A stretch of DNA of 63,697 nt, filler included, from Octopus bimaculoides (GCF_001194135.2; 6 parts of 6 records of this genome joined end to end with filler, not necessarily neighbours in it), one strand, 5' to 3'; numbered from the whole stretch's first letter, positions 10,850-23,569 are shown. Notes: generated from the letters alone by a model not told the origin. A program made the numbers and translations.

Positions 10850-12530
10850 TTCTGATACAAGAAGACCTCTAGGAACACCCAAAGAACCTTGCTATCCAAG
10901 ATTTCCCTGAACACCAAGGGCAAGTACCTTCTCCACTTCCTGTTCTCCAGTTAAAAGGTTTACAAATAGAGCAGTGCCATCCACTCTTGCTATTTTTGCA
11001 ACTTTCACTCACCTTTCAATAAATTCACTCAAGGACAGCATCTCCCTCTCTATCTTCACTTTTCTTTTCAAGTGAAACTTGAAAAGGTTGATGAGGGATC
11101 TACCAAAGAGGAAAGTCTCTGTCCTCATGCCTTTCAACGTTGTCCACCAGACAACCAATTTTGCAATCATCACCAGAAAAATGAAGACTGCCTTACCTGC
11201 CCTATTAAAGGAAGGTGTCAGGGCAATCATCACTATGGACAATCATCACATATGGATTTGTACCATATGTAACAGCTATTCGATGTAGCTCAAAAAGTCA
11301 GCAAAGCACAGACATTGAATAAGTGCTTGTAGAACAGTTTCATTGTTCTGCAGGCATTTGTACAGTATATCTCAAACTGGCACTGCCAGGCCTAAAAACT
11401 GCTGAATCCATGGTAATCTCCAACCAGAAAGTTCTCTGGATCAGATTAGCAAGTCTGTTTTCATCAACACCCAGAGTCTCCCCAAGAATGTTGTCACACT
11501 TTCCCACCACTAATCCTTTATATATTGCTATAGTGGAATGTCCAACCTGATCAAGAAGTAGCCAAATCAAGGCACCAATAGTCAGGCAATAAATGATGAT
11601 GGAAGCGACACAGGCATTTTTCACTTCTTGATCTTTCAGTGACAGCTTCATCTGTAGCCATTTCTGGGTGAGACTAGCCACTCTCTTCATCATCTTGATA
11701 CTGTTTTTGTCCACCAGGAGGCTGGGACTGAATCAGGCCCCAAGCAATTCAACTGGTCTATCAATCCAGCAACCAAAATGCCATCCAACAGCATTGACCT
11801 GCTTCTCTAGGTATCCAGCTGCAAACCTACTGACTTGTCAGCATTAATTTTAGCCCCTGTCACTGACTCATATTCCTTTAGAATGGAGCTGACCATCTCT
11901 ACTTTGGAGGTATCCAACACTATGATGGTGACATTGTCTGCATATCCCAACACTGCCCTCCCATGTCCCCATTCAAATGAGATGCCCCTCAACTGTTCCA
12001 GCTTCTGCAGTAGTAGCTCGAGAGCCAGCATGTACAGAGGAGGTGACAGCAGGCAGCCCTGATGGACTGAGTGTGTGATGAAAAATGATTTGGATAGGTG
12101 ACTCTTTACTTTGACCACTGTCATTGCAGCAATCTAACCTCTGAAAATGGGGGAAAATCTGGTTGATTTCAGGACAGTTTCTAGATAATGATGGTCAACT
12201 CTAATAGATGCTTTAGACTGATCCAGATGTTCAGAGCCCCCACCCTCCAACAGACAGCTTTCATCGCAGCCCTCTCTGTGAATCATCACATGAGGTGGAG
12301 ATTGTTGTAGATAGACCTATTTAGGATCGTGCACGTTTGTATTTCCCTGACCACTTTGATGATAAGCACCAACCTTTTCACTAATGCCTTGGCCAAAATC
12401 TTAAACTCCTTATTTAATAATAATAATATCAATCAGAGCAATGAATGAGGGTGCCAGTTACAAGTACCCAGATGTACTTGAGGAAGACAGAATTTTTGTC
12501 AGGAAATGAAGAAGTTGAGACAGGAATATC
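10850..12530 (-). mobile_element. Decayed L1/Tx1-clade LINE, reverse transcriptase region
   Basis: SVHQGCLLSPPLYMLALELLL, GYADNVT and YESVTGAKINADKSVGLQL are Tx1/L1-type RT motifs; frameshifted. Confidence 0.85.
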
Positions 12531-12579
12531 TCAGAAGAGTGAAAAGGGTACTAAGCTCAAAAATAAATGGAGGGAAAAG

Positions 12580-13620
12580 CATCTCTGCAATAAAACATGA
12601 ACAGTATCTCTAATAGGACTAAGGAAGAATAAGAGACACAGCCTGTAAAATCAGAACAACACATCCTATGGACAATGTTGACAGGTTATACCTACCATGG
12701 AAGGAGGGGGGAGAGGACTGATATTACTAGAAGACTGCATAGACATGGGAGAATGTGATATAGAAGTGTATGTGAGAAATAACACAGAAAGACTGATTTG
12801 AGCTGCGATAGGAGGGAAGACAGAAGTTGTGGAGACTGCAATGGAATACAAGAAAAGAAGAAAACGAATGAGAAAGAAACATCTGGAGAAAAGAACTACA
12901 CAATCAGCATCTCAATCAAATGCAGTATTACACAGCAGATGAATTTTGTTTATGGCTAAAGAATGGAGAACTTAAGAAGAAACAGGACTCACAATAGCTA
13001 CTGAAAACCAATCATTGCAGATGAATGTCATTAAGGCAAAAATAGACAAAACTGTGAAAAGTGCTAAATATGTAATAAACAAGAGGAATCCATTGTGCAC
13101 ATAATAAGTTCTGTAGTCCTTTGGCACGGAGGAGATGCAGATATGATTGTTGACTGTGTAACTAAGGTAATACACTGGGACATATTACGGCAAAGAGGAT
13201 TTGAAGAAGGCAGACAATGGTACCAATATCAACTAGAGAGTGTAACAGAGAATGATCAGCTTAAGATCTTATGGGACTTTACTGTACAGACTGATCACAA
13301 ACTTTAAGCAAGATGACCAGATATTATTTAGACAAGGGGAAAAAAGAGTGCATCATCAAAGAGATGAACACAGCTGCAGACATGAAAGCATCAGTCAAAG
13401 AACAGGGAAAAATAGGGAAATACTAGAATCTGGCTAGGGAAGTGCAAAGACTGGAGGGTTTCTATAAAAGTAATTCCAGTAGTTATAGGTACCTATATAC
13501 TGTCATCAACAAACTTGGTAGTTTTGTATTGAGATTGGTGTAACTATAAGAACAGCAAAGTTTATAAGAAAGGTCCTTGATATCTAAGGAAACTGGTTGT
13601 GACCAGTTCCAAATGCAACA
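12580..13620 (+). mobile_element. Decayed R4/Dong-like (RLE) non-LTR retrotransposon, 3' region
   Basis: HIISS, IHWDIL...WYQYQLESVTENDQLKILWDFTVQTDHKL followed by frameshifted PD..D, EK..KY and VIPVVIG-like segments of the restriction-like endonuclease. Confidence 0.8.
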
Positions 13621-13669
13621 TATTCATGCATACCATGAATAATAATCTATAATAATAACCCTTTCTACT

Positions 13670-13872
13670 ATAGGCACAAGGCTTGAAATTTGGGGGAAGG
13701 GGATAGTCGATTACATCAACCCCAGTACTCAACTGGTACCTATTTCATCAACCCCAAGAGGATGAAAGGCAAAGTTGACCATAGCAAAATTTGAACTCAG
13801 AACATAGCAGCAGATAAAATACTGCTAAGTATTTCACACAGCATGCTAATGATTCTGCCAGCTCACCGCCTT
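13670..13872 (-). mobile_element. tRNA-derived SINE, family B (core ..ctttgcctttcatcc..ggggttgatgaaataggtacc..)
   Basis: Minus-strand head aggcggtgagctggcagaatcattagc and B box gttcaaatt; further copies are listed below. Confidence 0.8.
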
Positions 13873-14482
13873 GATAATAATAATAATAAGAACAACAACA
13901 ACAACATTCCATGATAGCTATATTCATTGTCTTAGTTCTAGCAACTGTATAATGATGGGCCTGTGCTGCTCACCCACAGGGCACCTGCCAAGTGAAAGTC
14001 CATTACCTATAGTTCCATCCTCATTTACACTACTGTTTGTGTAAATTCTGTAATTCATTACTCTCATGCAGAGGAAAGTGTTGATAAGGTGTCACAACCA
14101 TCAGTATTTTTATCAAGACACCATCTCTAGAGGGGTTTTATCTAAAAAGACTCAAAGAGGCTCTTCTCCCCTTACAAGTTTAAGTGAGCTATCCTGTGCA
14201 GGACACTAAATCTAGTACGCAGTGCTTTGCAGCTGGTGAATGAGTTGTTATTTGGATGGCCATTGACTCATCAGAGTTCATCTACCGTTAGATAGGTTTT
14301 GTATTTCATTCTGTAGGGACACCAAATAACAAAAGGTACCCTCCTCACAAAGCAAGCTCTGTAGGTTGGCTGGTTTAGTTTCCGACAGTCAGACAGCTGC
14401 ATAAAAAAAGGGGGGAGTAATTTACTAAAGTTGATTATTATTATGTTAGATGGGTGTTCAGTATTTGCCTTACAAGTTTGGT

Positions 14483-14606
14483 TATCAACTAGAGAGTGTA
14501 ACAGAGAACGATCAACTTAAGATCTTATGGGACTTTACTGTACAGACTGATCACAAACTTTAAGCAAGATGACCAGATATTATTTAGACAAGGGGAAAAA
14601 AGAGTG
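14483..14606 (+). repeat. 124-bp near-identical copy of 13227-13350
   Basis: Two mismatches in 124 bp; shares the inactivating lesions of the LINE fragment it copies. Confidence 0.9.
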
Positions 14607-14914
14607 TTGATGTCACAGGCAGATGGATTGGGGGAAGGAAAGTTTCAGGTAAGCTAGTCTAAGTCTGTTTGATTGGCTAGATACACAGGGTGTTGAATTG
14701 GTCTGCTGGCAATAGGAGTGGGTGGGAGGGGCTTGGCAAAGAAGTGAAATAGTCAGGGTGTTTTAAAGAGCTGATTTCCAAGACTGTTTATGAATAAAAT
14801 GTACATTTTAGAAATGTAAGATTTAAACAGAGGAGGAAGATTTTTATGTCAACAAATAATCCTTACAAGTATTGAAGAATGTGATAGAGGGATATGTATA
14901 TATATATATATATG

Positions 14915-15295
14915 CGCTCTTTTGCTTGTATCAGTCATTTGACTGTGGCCATGCTGGAGCACCACCTTTAGTTGAGCAAATCGCCTCCAGGACTTATTCT
15001 TTGGAAGCCTAGTACTTATTCTATCAGTCTCTTTTGCTGAACCGCTAAGTTATGGGGACATAAACACACCAGCATCAGTTGTCAAGCGATGTTGGGGGGA
15101 CAAACAGTCACACAAACACATACATATATACGATGGGCTTCTTTCAGTTTCTGTCTACCAAATACACTCACAAGGCTTTGGTTGGCCTGAGGCTATAGTA
15201 GAAGACACTTGCCCAAGGTGCCACACAGTGGGAATGAACCTGGAACGATGTGGTTGGTAAGCAAGCTACTTACCACACAGCCACTCCTGCGCCTA
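14915..15295 (-). mobile_element. SINE family A copy (intronic)
   Basis: Near full-length match to other family A copies. Confidence 0.88.
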
Positions 15296-15849
15296 TCTAT
15301 CTATATATATATATATATCAATTTAAATAAGAGCTAAAAGATGATCCATTGTAAAAACTTTATATGACCTATGATCATTTCAATGCAATATCCAGACCAA
15401 CTCATGCATATTATAAAATATGGAATATTGTATCTCTTCAGGGTCAGATTAATTCATAGCAGACAGTAAAAACAGACAACATTCATAGTTGTCCTAGAAT
15501 TACATGTATATATAAACAAGTTGAAAAGACATGATATGTATTGAAACTGTATAGCATATTGGTCTTGAAACCGTTAGAAAGCAGAGTAAATGAGAAGAGA
15601 TGTTAAGTTATGATGTTATCCTATGAAGTTAAATAGCGAACAAGTACAGGACGCTGTACATTTCAAAAAACCGTTGGACTTATGAAAGTAAATAAAAAAA
15701 CCAAGAATGGAAAAAACCGCTAGATATTAAAAATATATTTTTTTAAACAAGTTAATGGTCAAATAGAAGTAAATCTAATAAATAATGCTTATGTATAATA
15801 TAATATAATCTCCTCAACTATACATAATCTAAACAAGACATTATTTGAT

Positions 15850-16285
15850 GACTGGCACCTGTGCCAGTGGAGTGCTAACAGCACCATCCGAGAGGGATCA
15901 CTGCCAGAGCAGCGGTCTTGCTCCCGTGCCAGTGGCATGTAAAAAGCAGCATTTGAGCGCAATCGTTTCCAGCTTAGCCTTACTGGCACTTGTGCCGGTG
16001 GCATGTGAACAAAACATTGGACTGACTCCTGTGCAGGTGGCACATAAAAAACACCATTTGAGTGTGGCCGTTGCCAGTACCACAGGACTGGCCCTTGTGC
16101 TGGTAGCACGTAAAAACACCCACTACACTCTTGGAGTGGTTGGCGTTAGGAAGGGCATCCAGCTGTAGAAACTCTGCCAAATCAGATTGGGGCCTGAAGT
16201 AGCCAGCCGCTTCGCCAGTTCCCAGTGAAATCGTCCAACTCATGCTAGCATGGAAAGCGGACGTTAAATGATGATGATGATGATA
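15850..16285 (+). mobile_element. RTE LINE 3' end with internal repeats and a (GAT)n tail
   Basis: Same sequence family as 7333-7757. Confidence 0.85.
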
Positions 16286-16289
16286 TATG

Positions 16290-16493
16290 TATGTATGTGT
16301 GTCTGTGTTTGTCCCCCAAAATCGCTTAACAATCGATGCTGGTGTATTTATATCTCTGTAACTAAGCAGTTCGGCAAAAGAGACCGATAGAATAAGTACT
16401 AGGCTTACAAAGAATAAGTCCTGGGGTCAATTTCTTCAACTAAAAGTGGTGCTCCAGTATGGCCACAGTCAAATGACTGAAACAAGTAAAAGA

Positions 16494-16495
<2 letters not shown>
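16290..16495 (+). mobile_element. SINE family A, 3' half, inverted relative to 14915-15295
   Basis: tgtctgtgtttgtcccc...ggccacagtcaaatgactgaaacaagtaaaagag. Confidence 0.85.
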
Positions 16496-16541
<46 letters not shown>

Positions 16542-16759
16542 TATATACATAATTATAAAAAAGGCTTGGTTTGTGCCTCACCACGCACTGAAAAAATAGA
16601 CGTCAAAAGACACTATTACCACCATAAATTCTCCAAGTATAACACACCATTTAATAGGCTAGGAAAAGAAAGAAAATGAATTAAAACTTTCGGTCCACCG
16701 AAAGTTTCAATTATAAAATATTTGTAAAATTTACCTATGAGGTTTTTATTTCCATGCTG

Positions 16760-17300
16760 ACCATCTGGTAGAAATCATTAATGATTTAAGCGCCCTGAGA
16801 GAAAAGTTGGATTTAAGAAGCATCAGATGTGGTTGCAAGAGAGACGACTGCATGGGTATGGTCATGTGTTTCAAATGAATGAGGAGACCTGTGTGATCAT
16901 TGCCAGGGCCACGGATTGACTCCCGTGCCGGTGGCACATAAAAAGCACCATTTGAGCGTGATCATTTCCAGCATTGCCTAACCAGCACATGTGCCGGTGG
17001 TACGTGTAAAACATTCGAGTGTGGTTGTTGCCAGTGCCGCCAGACTGATTTCCGTGCAGGTAGCACATAAAAAACACCTTTTGAGTGTGGTCATTACCAC
17101 AACCGCCTGATTGGACCTTGTGCCGGTGGCAAGTAAAAGCACCCACTACACTCATGGAGTGGTTGGCATTAAGAAGGGCATCCAGCTGTAGAAACTTTGC
17201 TGGATCAGATTGAGCCTGGTGCAGCCTTCTGGATCACCAGTCCTCAGTCAAACCGTCCAATCCATGTCAGCAAGGAAAGCGGACGTTAAACGACGATAAT
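16760..17300 (+). mobile_element. RTE LINE: ORF C-terminal fragment joined to the 3' repeats
   Basis: ALREKLDLRSIRCG..ERRLHGYGHV resembles the RTE C-terminal RLRWYGHV motif; it is followed by the family 3' end. Confidence 0.8.
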
Positions 17301-18530
17301 GACAAAAATATATATATATGAGAGAGAGAGAGAGAGTGTGTGTGTGAGAATTGAAAAGGTATGGATAAATTGCCATGTTAAAAAAAAATCAAAATCATTT
17401 GAAATATTTAAAGCTTTTTAAACTGTCACTGTTTCCTCCAGCCTCTACCCTAGTTGCAGTATTCTGCTGTTGTAATTAAATGAGAGCAGAACTGCGTATT
17501 TCATCATTTTTCTTTCTGTAATACCAGTTATCTTTCTCTCAACTCAGAACCAATGCACTTAATGTCCTCCCCTCAAATTTTAAATCAATCACCCTGCTGT
17601 GCTATCAAATTATCTCTCCTTTTCCACAACCATATATTTCTGACTTTCCCTATACACTACATCTGCTTCTACCTATATTCATGCAACATACCCACCTTCA
17701 TGTCATCTTACTTTCTCTAAAATTCCCCCTATTATTATTACTATCCTGTGCGCTTCATCCCTTTCATCCTGTAAATCTTCCCCGACTCTCCCTTACCTCC
17801 TCTTCCAGCTCATATATCATTAATCACTCTTCCACTCTTGTCCACCACTCACTATATTCTGCCTTCCCTCCAACACGTTCATTACTGACCACCCTTCAAC
17901 CCTTTTCCTTCATTATATTTACCTCCTCACCCATTACCCCTTCTCTTACCATCCTTTACTCTCTTCTTGCAACCTCTACCCACTCACACTTCTTATTCCG
18001 TACCCACTCACTTCTATTCACCTTCTTGTAGTTTGAGAATCCATTCCGACACCCTGTCACAATTATTTTCTCTCTTTTTCTGGATCCACCCCAGTTTCTC
18101 CTATCCACTTTTCTATAATGTAAGTAGCCATGTATTTCTCCTACAGCAAGAAACCTTTCCTGTTCTGGCCCCTTCTTTCATATTTTAATTTCTCATCTGG
18201 CATAAAGCCTCCTCCCTCTCCACTGTAGCTCCATTCAATCAAAGGGATGTTAGACTGGCAAACTACAAGGTGACATCAGCAATGCTGGCCCCATTGTAAA
18301 GTGATTAATGTCAGGAAGGGCAAAAAACCATAGAGTCAATGCAAAAGCAAACATTGGATCACAATGTGGTCCTTGGATGCACTGGATCCTATCAAGCCAT
18401 CCAATCCATGCTAGCATGGCCAATGAACATTAGATGATGATGATGATGATGATGATGATGAGGAGGAGGAGGAGGAGGAGGAGGATGTGGTGGCAATGGT
18501 GGCGCTGCTGATGAGGATTATGATACTCAC

Positions 18531-18690
18531 CTCAGTTGTGTTGGAAATATTTCACTTGATATAGTGTCAAGAGAGTTCCACCCAATAACAGAAATACCAC
18601 CAAATAGGCATGATAATGCCAAACTTTGTACTTTTGTTTTGACAAGCCAGATGAAGAAGACACTCAATCCAGAGATCACCATGCTAACAA
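18531..18690 (-). CDS. SV2: SV2-like MFS transporter, penultimate coding exon (160 bp)
   Basis: Acceptor tttctctctgcag|TT and donor CTGAG|gtgagt; phase 1 to phase 2, matching both neighbours. Translates to (V)VSMVISGLSVFFIWLVKTKVQSLALSCLFGGISVIGWNSLDTISSEIFPTQL(R), including the MFS E-x-FPT-x-x-R motif. Confidence 0.92.
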
Positions 18691-19672
18691 CTGCAGAGAG
18701 AAATGAAAGTGTTTTTGAAATAACACAGTGTGAGGGATGAAACATGAAAATATAAACATAAGATGATGTGGTGTCATTCATAGATGTACCCATTAGACTT
18801 TTGCTTACTGTATCCCACTTTCAAATTACAATACATTCAACCAAGGCCTCTTGTTTTCTGTTTCTTTAGCCTCACAGCAAATACTATAATGTAATTATTC
18901 AATTCTACACAATGACCACAGTCTGGTAAGACTACTTTTCCTCTACTTCCCTTACAGTCCCAAAGTACAACTTGTTGCTTCACATTTTGTATTAATGATA
19001 CTAATTTACATATTCCCCTCAAATTTTCTGCTCCAAGAAAACACTCATAAATTATGTATAATGTTCTTACTTTACAACACAGTAAAAGAAAGTTATAAAT
19101 ATTTCCAACAAGTAGATTCAGTCAGATTTCTGTACCATAACTTTGTTGCCAAAAAATAATTAATTATGAAATTACAACAGCAAGAGTAATAATGTCTGAC
19201 CTCATGATGTCACACAATACATGATTCATTAAAGCCATAGATATAAACATACTTCAAACTTTAAATTCAACAAACAACAAAATAAGAGCAAATGTACTAT
19301 AATACACATATGTGTATTATGCACATGCAAGTTACATATATGTGATTAAGTTTAATTTATTGCACTGAAAAGATGTCTGTTGCCTGCACTTATTAGCTTT
19401 AAACACAAGATCCACCCCTAACTGCATTGTCCTTATTTTCTAAGAATTTGGATTGACAGATTTTACTAATTGACAGATTTGAGTTATTGTTAAATTTTAA
19501 AACCCCTCAGAGAGCATTTTGTCCTTTGACTGCAAGAATAATCTCAGTTAATCAATGATTTTCAACTTACTATATTACATGTATAAGACTATACCACATA
19601 TATATTTAGCATGCAAAATGCTCACCCAAGATAGCTTCCTTCATCTCTATTGTTGATAATATTCAATCTTAC

Positions 19673-19899
19673 CTAAGAGGATTTTACGACCAATTCTATC
19701 TACAAGCATCATACTGAGTATGTTGCCAGGTAAATTGGAAACAGCAGTCAAGAAACCATCAAAGTAAATGTCACTGTTAGGTTCCTGACAGGTCAGATTA
19801 ACTGTAGCATTTGTAGGTTTTCCAGGGCTGCATATTGAACCTCCATATTTCTCTATTTTGTTGAACATACTCGGGAACCACATTGACAGACCATAATAG
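19673..19899 (-). CDS. SV2: SV2-like (synaptic vesicle glycoprotein 2 family) MFS transporter, internal coding exon (227 bp)
   Basis: Acceptor tccttccacag|C and donor TTAG|gtaaga; phase 2 to phase 1. Translates to YYGLSMWFPSMFNKIEKYGGSICSPGKPTNATVNLTCQEPNSDIYFDGFLTAVSNLPGNILSMMLVDRIGRKILL. YYGLxxWFP, LPGN and DRIGRK are recognisable SV2/MFS motifs. Family-level call only; the paralog cannot be assigned. Confidence 0.9.
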
Positions 19900-20559
19900 C
19901 TGTGGAAGGATTAATCACACATTAAAAAAAAAAGAGAAAAGAACATTTTCACTTATGCATATAATTTTTTTATGGTAGTATTAGGAAGAGAAGTATTCAT
20001 TTTTTGACAACTTTTGGAGAAAATACTTCAGAAAAAAGTTGCATTGTTTTTGCAGACTTCTCAAGACTAGCAAGGTCAATTTGTTAAAAAAAGTGGGTAA
20101 AAAGGCAGTTGAAGAATATTGCAGTTCTGAGCATAAAAATTTAGATGAAGTGTTAATTAAAGAAGTTTAGTTTCCTACTAGACAAAAGAAAAAGTAGAGG
20201 AACTGGATGAAGTGGTATTTCACTAGATCAGAAGAAGAACCATTATTGTAACAGAAAGAAAAGATAACTGGTCAAATTGCAAGTGGTAATTTGCCAATCA
20301 AGTAGATGATCTTTTGTTAGACGCTCTGTTATATATCTAAGTTTTACTTCAATGTGTACACAAGTTTTGTATAGGGTTGGCAGCTTCTTAGATTTGAAGT
20401 AGTTTCTCACTCTGATACGAAGGCTTAGCTTTTGAGATGTAGTCTTGATTATATCATGTTTTGGTTAGACTTCATAGACATTGAGAGGCCAAGCATTTGC
20501 AAAGTTTGTGAAGGTTTAATTATGCATGTTTTATAATATTCCTTGATGTGTGTTATACA

Positions 20560-21566
20560 CAGCATTTTTGTGCTGACAATGGAACAGGGTTGTTGTTATG
20601 TTTGGTATGAAATGTGATAACATCAATGGGTGAGAGATATGGAATAAACGATCTAGTTCTGTGATGCAAACGATCTTATGGTTTGCAATACCAACTTCAG
20701 GAAACCTGCCTGTCACCTAGTCACCTACCGTTCCGGCAGACACACTAGCCAAATCGACTACATCCTCACCAGAAATAGGGAAAGAGGATGGCTTATAAAT
20801 GCCAAAACCTTCCCAGGCAAAAATGTATCCTTCAACACAGATTAGTAGTTAGCGACATCGAGATCAAGGCTAAATGGTTGCCCAGAAGTAGACCAGCCTG
20901 GAGAAGGGTTTGGAAGCTTAAAGATCCTGCAAATGGACAGAGATTTAGAAATGTCTTACTCGAAGCATTTGACGAAATAGAAGGGGAAGACAATCGGAGG
21001 TTTCTACGGAACAACCTGCTGAGAGCCACCGACCAGATCTGTGGATGGTGCAAAGTCCCCTCTCGACCCAAAGTAACATGGTGGTGGAACAATGTGGTTG
21101 ACAGGGCTATAAGACAAAAGAAGCAGGCTTGGAAGGACTGGAAGAATGGATGGAGCAGGGAATTGTATCAGACTGCCAGAAGGGAAGCTAGGAGACAGGT
21201 TTGCTTAGCCAGAGGGGAAACAGATAAGAAAAAGTTTGCCAATGTTCTGCACTGTGAGAACCAAAGACTTGAAGTATTTTATGTTGCAAGACAGTGTGTG
21301 AGAGAGAATCGTGATGTCGAAGGAGAGAAATGTCTCCACTTGGATGATGGCTCACTTGCACTAAACGAGGCTGCAAAGAGAGAGGTTTGGAGACGCCACT
21401 ATGTAAGGCTGCTTAATAAAGAGAATGAATGGGAGGAAGAGAGACTGCTGCGTGTCGACCCAACAGAGGGACCAGCTATCCTAATTGACAGTACCTTGAT
21501 AGATAAAGCGATCAAGAGTATGAAGACAGGGAAAGCCCCGGCCCATCAGGAATCACTGCAGTGATG
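20560..21566 (+). mobile_element. Relatively young RTE LINE fragment (end of APE domain and linker), cut by the contig end
   Basis: NDLMVCNTNFRKP, SQIDYIL and QHRLVVSD, then the 258-aa ORF 20788-21564 (WWWNNVVDRAI...KAIKSMKTGKAP). CpGs are retained. Confidence 0.88.
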
Positions 21567-21666
21567 NNNNNNNNNNNNNNNNNNNNNNNNNNNNNNNNNN
21601 NNNNNNNNNNTTAATTAATTAANNNNNNNNNNNNNNNNNNNNNNNNNNNNNNNNNNNNNNNNNNNN
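21567..21666. other. Artificial assembly join: 44 N + TTAATTAATTAA + 44 N
   Basis: Exactly 100 bp; the 12-mer is palindromic and puts TAA in all six frames. Confidence 0.95.
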
Positions 21667-21697
<31 letters not shown>

Positions 21698-23049
21698 TAG
21701 ATAGATAGATATATATATATATATAAACGCATAGAAGTTATTGCGTTGAAAATCCCTTTGAAAGGAAATTATCTAAGGCACCTGCACGACACGAACCCAT
21801 GCCTTTAAATAGACCTATTCAAGTAGTAAATTTTCCTTGCATGTGTATATCAATTTTGTAGGTATTTGAATGCTAAGGCCATACAGTTGCAGTCTCAGTT
21901 CAAATCATAAACGCTATTCGTTGCATATAACGCCATCTGTCAGCTTCGAGAGGTTTTGATTTTCTTTCTTTTGAGTGTGTATGTATATATATATATATAT
22001 ATATATAGGGAGAGAGAGAGAGAGAGAGACACACACACACGTACATATATACATTCATACATACCTACTTATGTATGTATATATGTGTTCTTTCGTACAT
22101 ATCCTTTCTATCAATCTATCTATCTATCCATGTGTCTGTCTATCTGTCTCTTAGTTTATCTATCCATCTATCTATCTACTTATCTATCTATCTACTTATC
22201 TATCTATTTATCTATCTGTCTATTTATCTATCTATCTATCCATCTATAGAAGGTTTAGCTGGGATTTAATTGTTATTGACTGATTCAGAAAATATAGTAC
22301 GTTGACATTTCCTATGTATATATGCCAGAGTCCTAGAAAATCAATACTTGTCACCCACATTCCACTATCGATGTCACCAATATATTTACAGTCACACACG
22401 TTCGTTTATAATCACACTTGTTCGTTTTAAAGTCACACATGTTTGTCAACATATTCCTGTTTACTCCCGTCTGCCGTTCATTCACTTAAATGAAGCCGCG
22501 TTGTATCTGCGGATCTGCGTTAGTTATACTCCATCTTGTAACTGCAGATAACTTTCATCTTAAAGCGCCATTTCTGTTCTTGTTGTTTTTGCTGTTGTTG
22601 CTGTTGTTGCTGTTATCGTTTCGTTTGCTGACGAACCCTTAATGTAACAGACACATTAAAAAAGAAAAAAGACAACATTCCAATGATGTCAAGTTCTTTC
22701 TCTCTTTTATTGTTTTTTTACGTATATTATATCTAAGTGCTACATGGCGTCAGACCATGGCTGTGTGGTTAAGNNNNNNNNNNNNNNNNNNNNNNNNNNN
22801 NNNNNNNNNNNNNNNNNNNNNNNNNNNNNNNNNNNNNNNNNNNNNNNNNNNNNNNNNNNNNNNNNNNNNNNNNNNNNNNNNNNNNNNNNNNNNNNNNNNN
22901 NNNNNNNNNNNNNNNNNNNNNNNNNNNNNNNNNNNNNNNNNNNNNNNNNNNNNNNNNNNNNNNNNNNNNNNNNNNNNNNNNNNNNNNNNNNNNNNNNNNN
23001 NNNNNNNNNNNNNNNNNNNNNNNNNNNNNNNNNNNNNNNNNNNNNNNNC

Positions 23050-23270
23050 CTATTGTCAAGCAGTGGGGAGGGACAAACACAGACAGACAGACAGACAAAC
23101 AAACACACACAACGCACACACGCACACAAGCACACATTTATATGAGAGACGTCTTTCAGTTTCCCTCTACTAATTCCGCTCATAAGGGTTGGGTAGGCGC
23201 GAAACTAAAATAGAATGTACCAGGCAGTGGGACTGAACCCGGAACCATGTGGTTAGGAGGTAAGCTTCTT
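23050..23270 (-). mobile_element. SINE family A, 5' half
   Basis: gggactgaacccggaaccatgtggttagg head on the minus strand. Confidence 0.75.
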
Positions 23271-23444
23271 TATTTCATAAAGTGGCTATGGAAACCGTAC
23301 ATAGATGAGACAAACAAGGACAGACACACATAGAGGGTGAAAAAGTTGCTTATTACGAATGAAACAGTTCCGAATGATAAAATATAAATGTCATGGTGTT
23401 AAAAATAAAATTTATTTTTCCTTTAAAAATTTCTGTATAAAACT

Positions 23445-23528
23445 CGGGCAAGTGTCTTCTACTATAGCCTTGGGTCGACCGAAGCCTTGTGAGTGAATTT
23501 GGTAGACGGAAACTCAAAGAAGCCCGTC

Positions 23529-23569
<41 letters not shown>

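Noticed and set aside
14400-14420. Polypurine tract AAAAAAAGGGGGGAG suggesting an LTR element
   Set aside because: No LTR pair or pol motifs could be identified nearby.
17681-18188. 116-aa and 73-aa ORFs in a pyrimidine-rich stretch
   Set aside because: Low-complexity composition, antisense to the host intron, with stops on the other strand; perhaps an old repeat, but unassignable.
21611-21622. TTAATTAATTAA as a recurring biological motif or piggyBac site
   Set aside because: It always sits in the centre of an exactly 100-bp N-padded gap, so it is an assembly linker.
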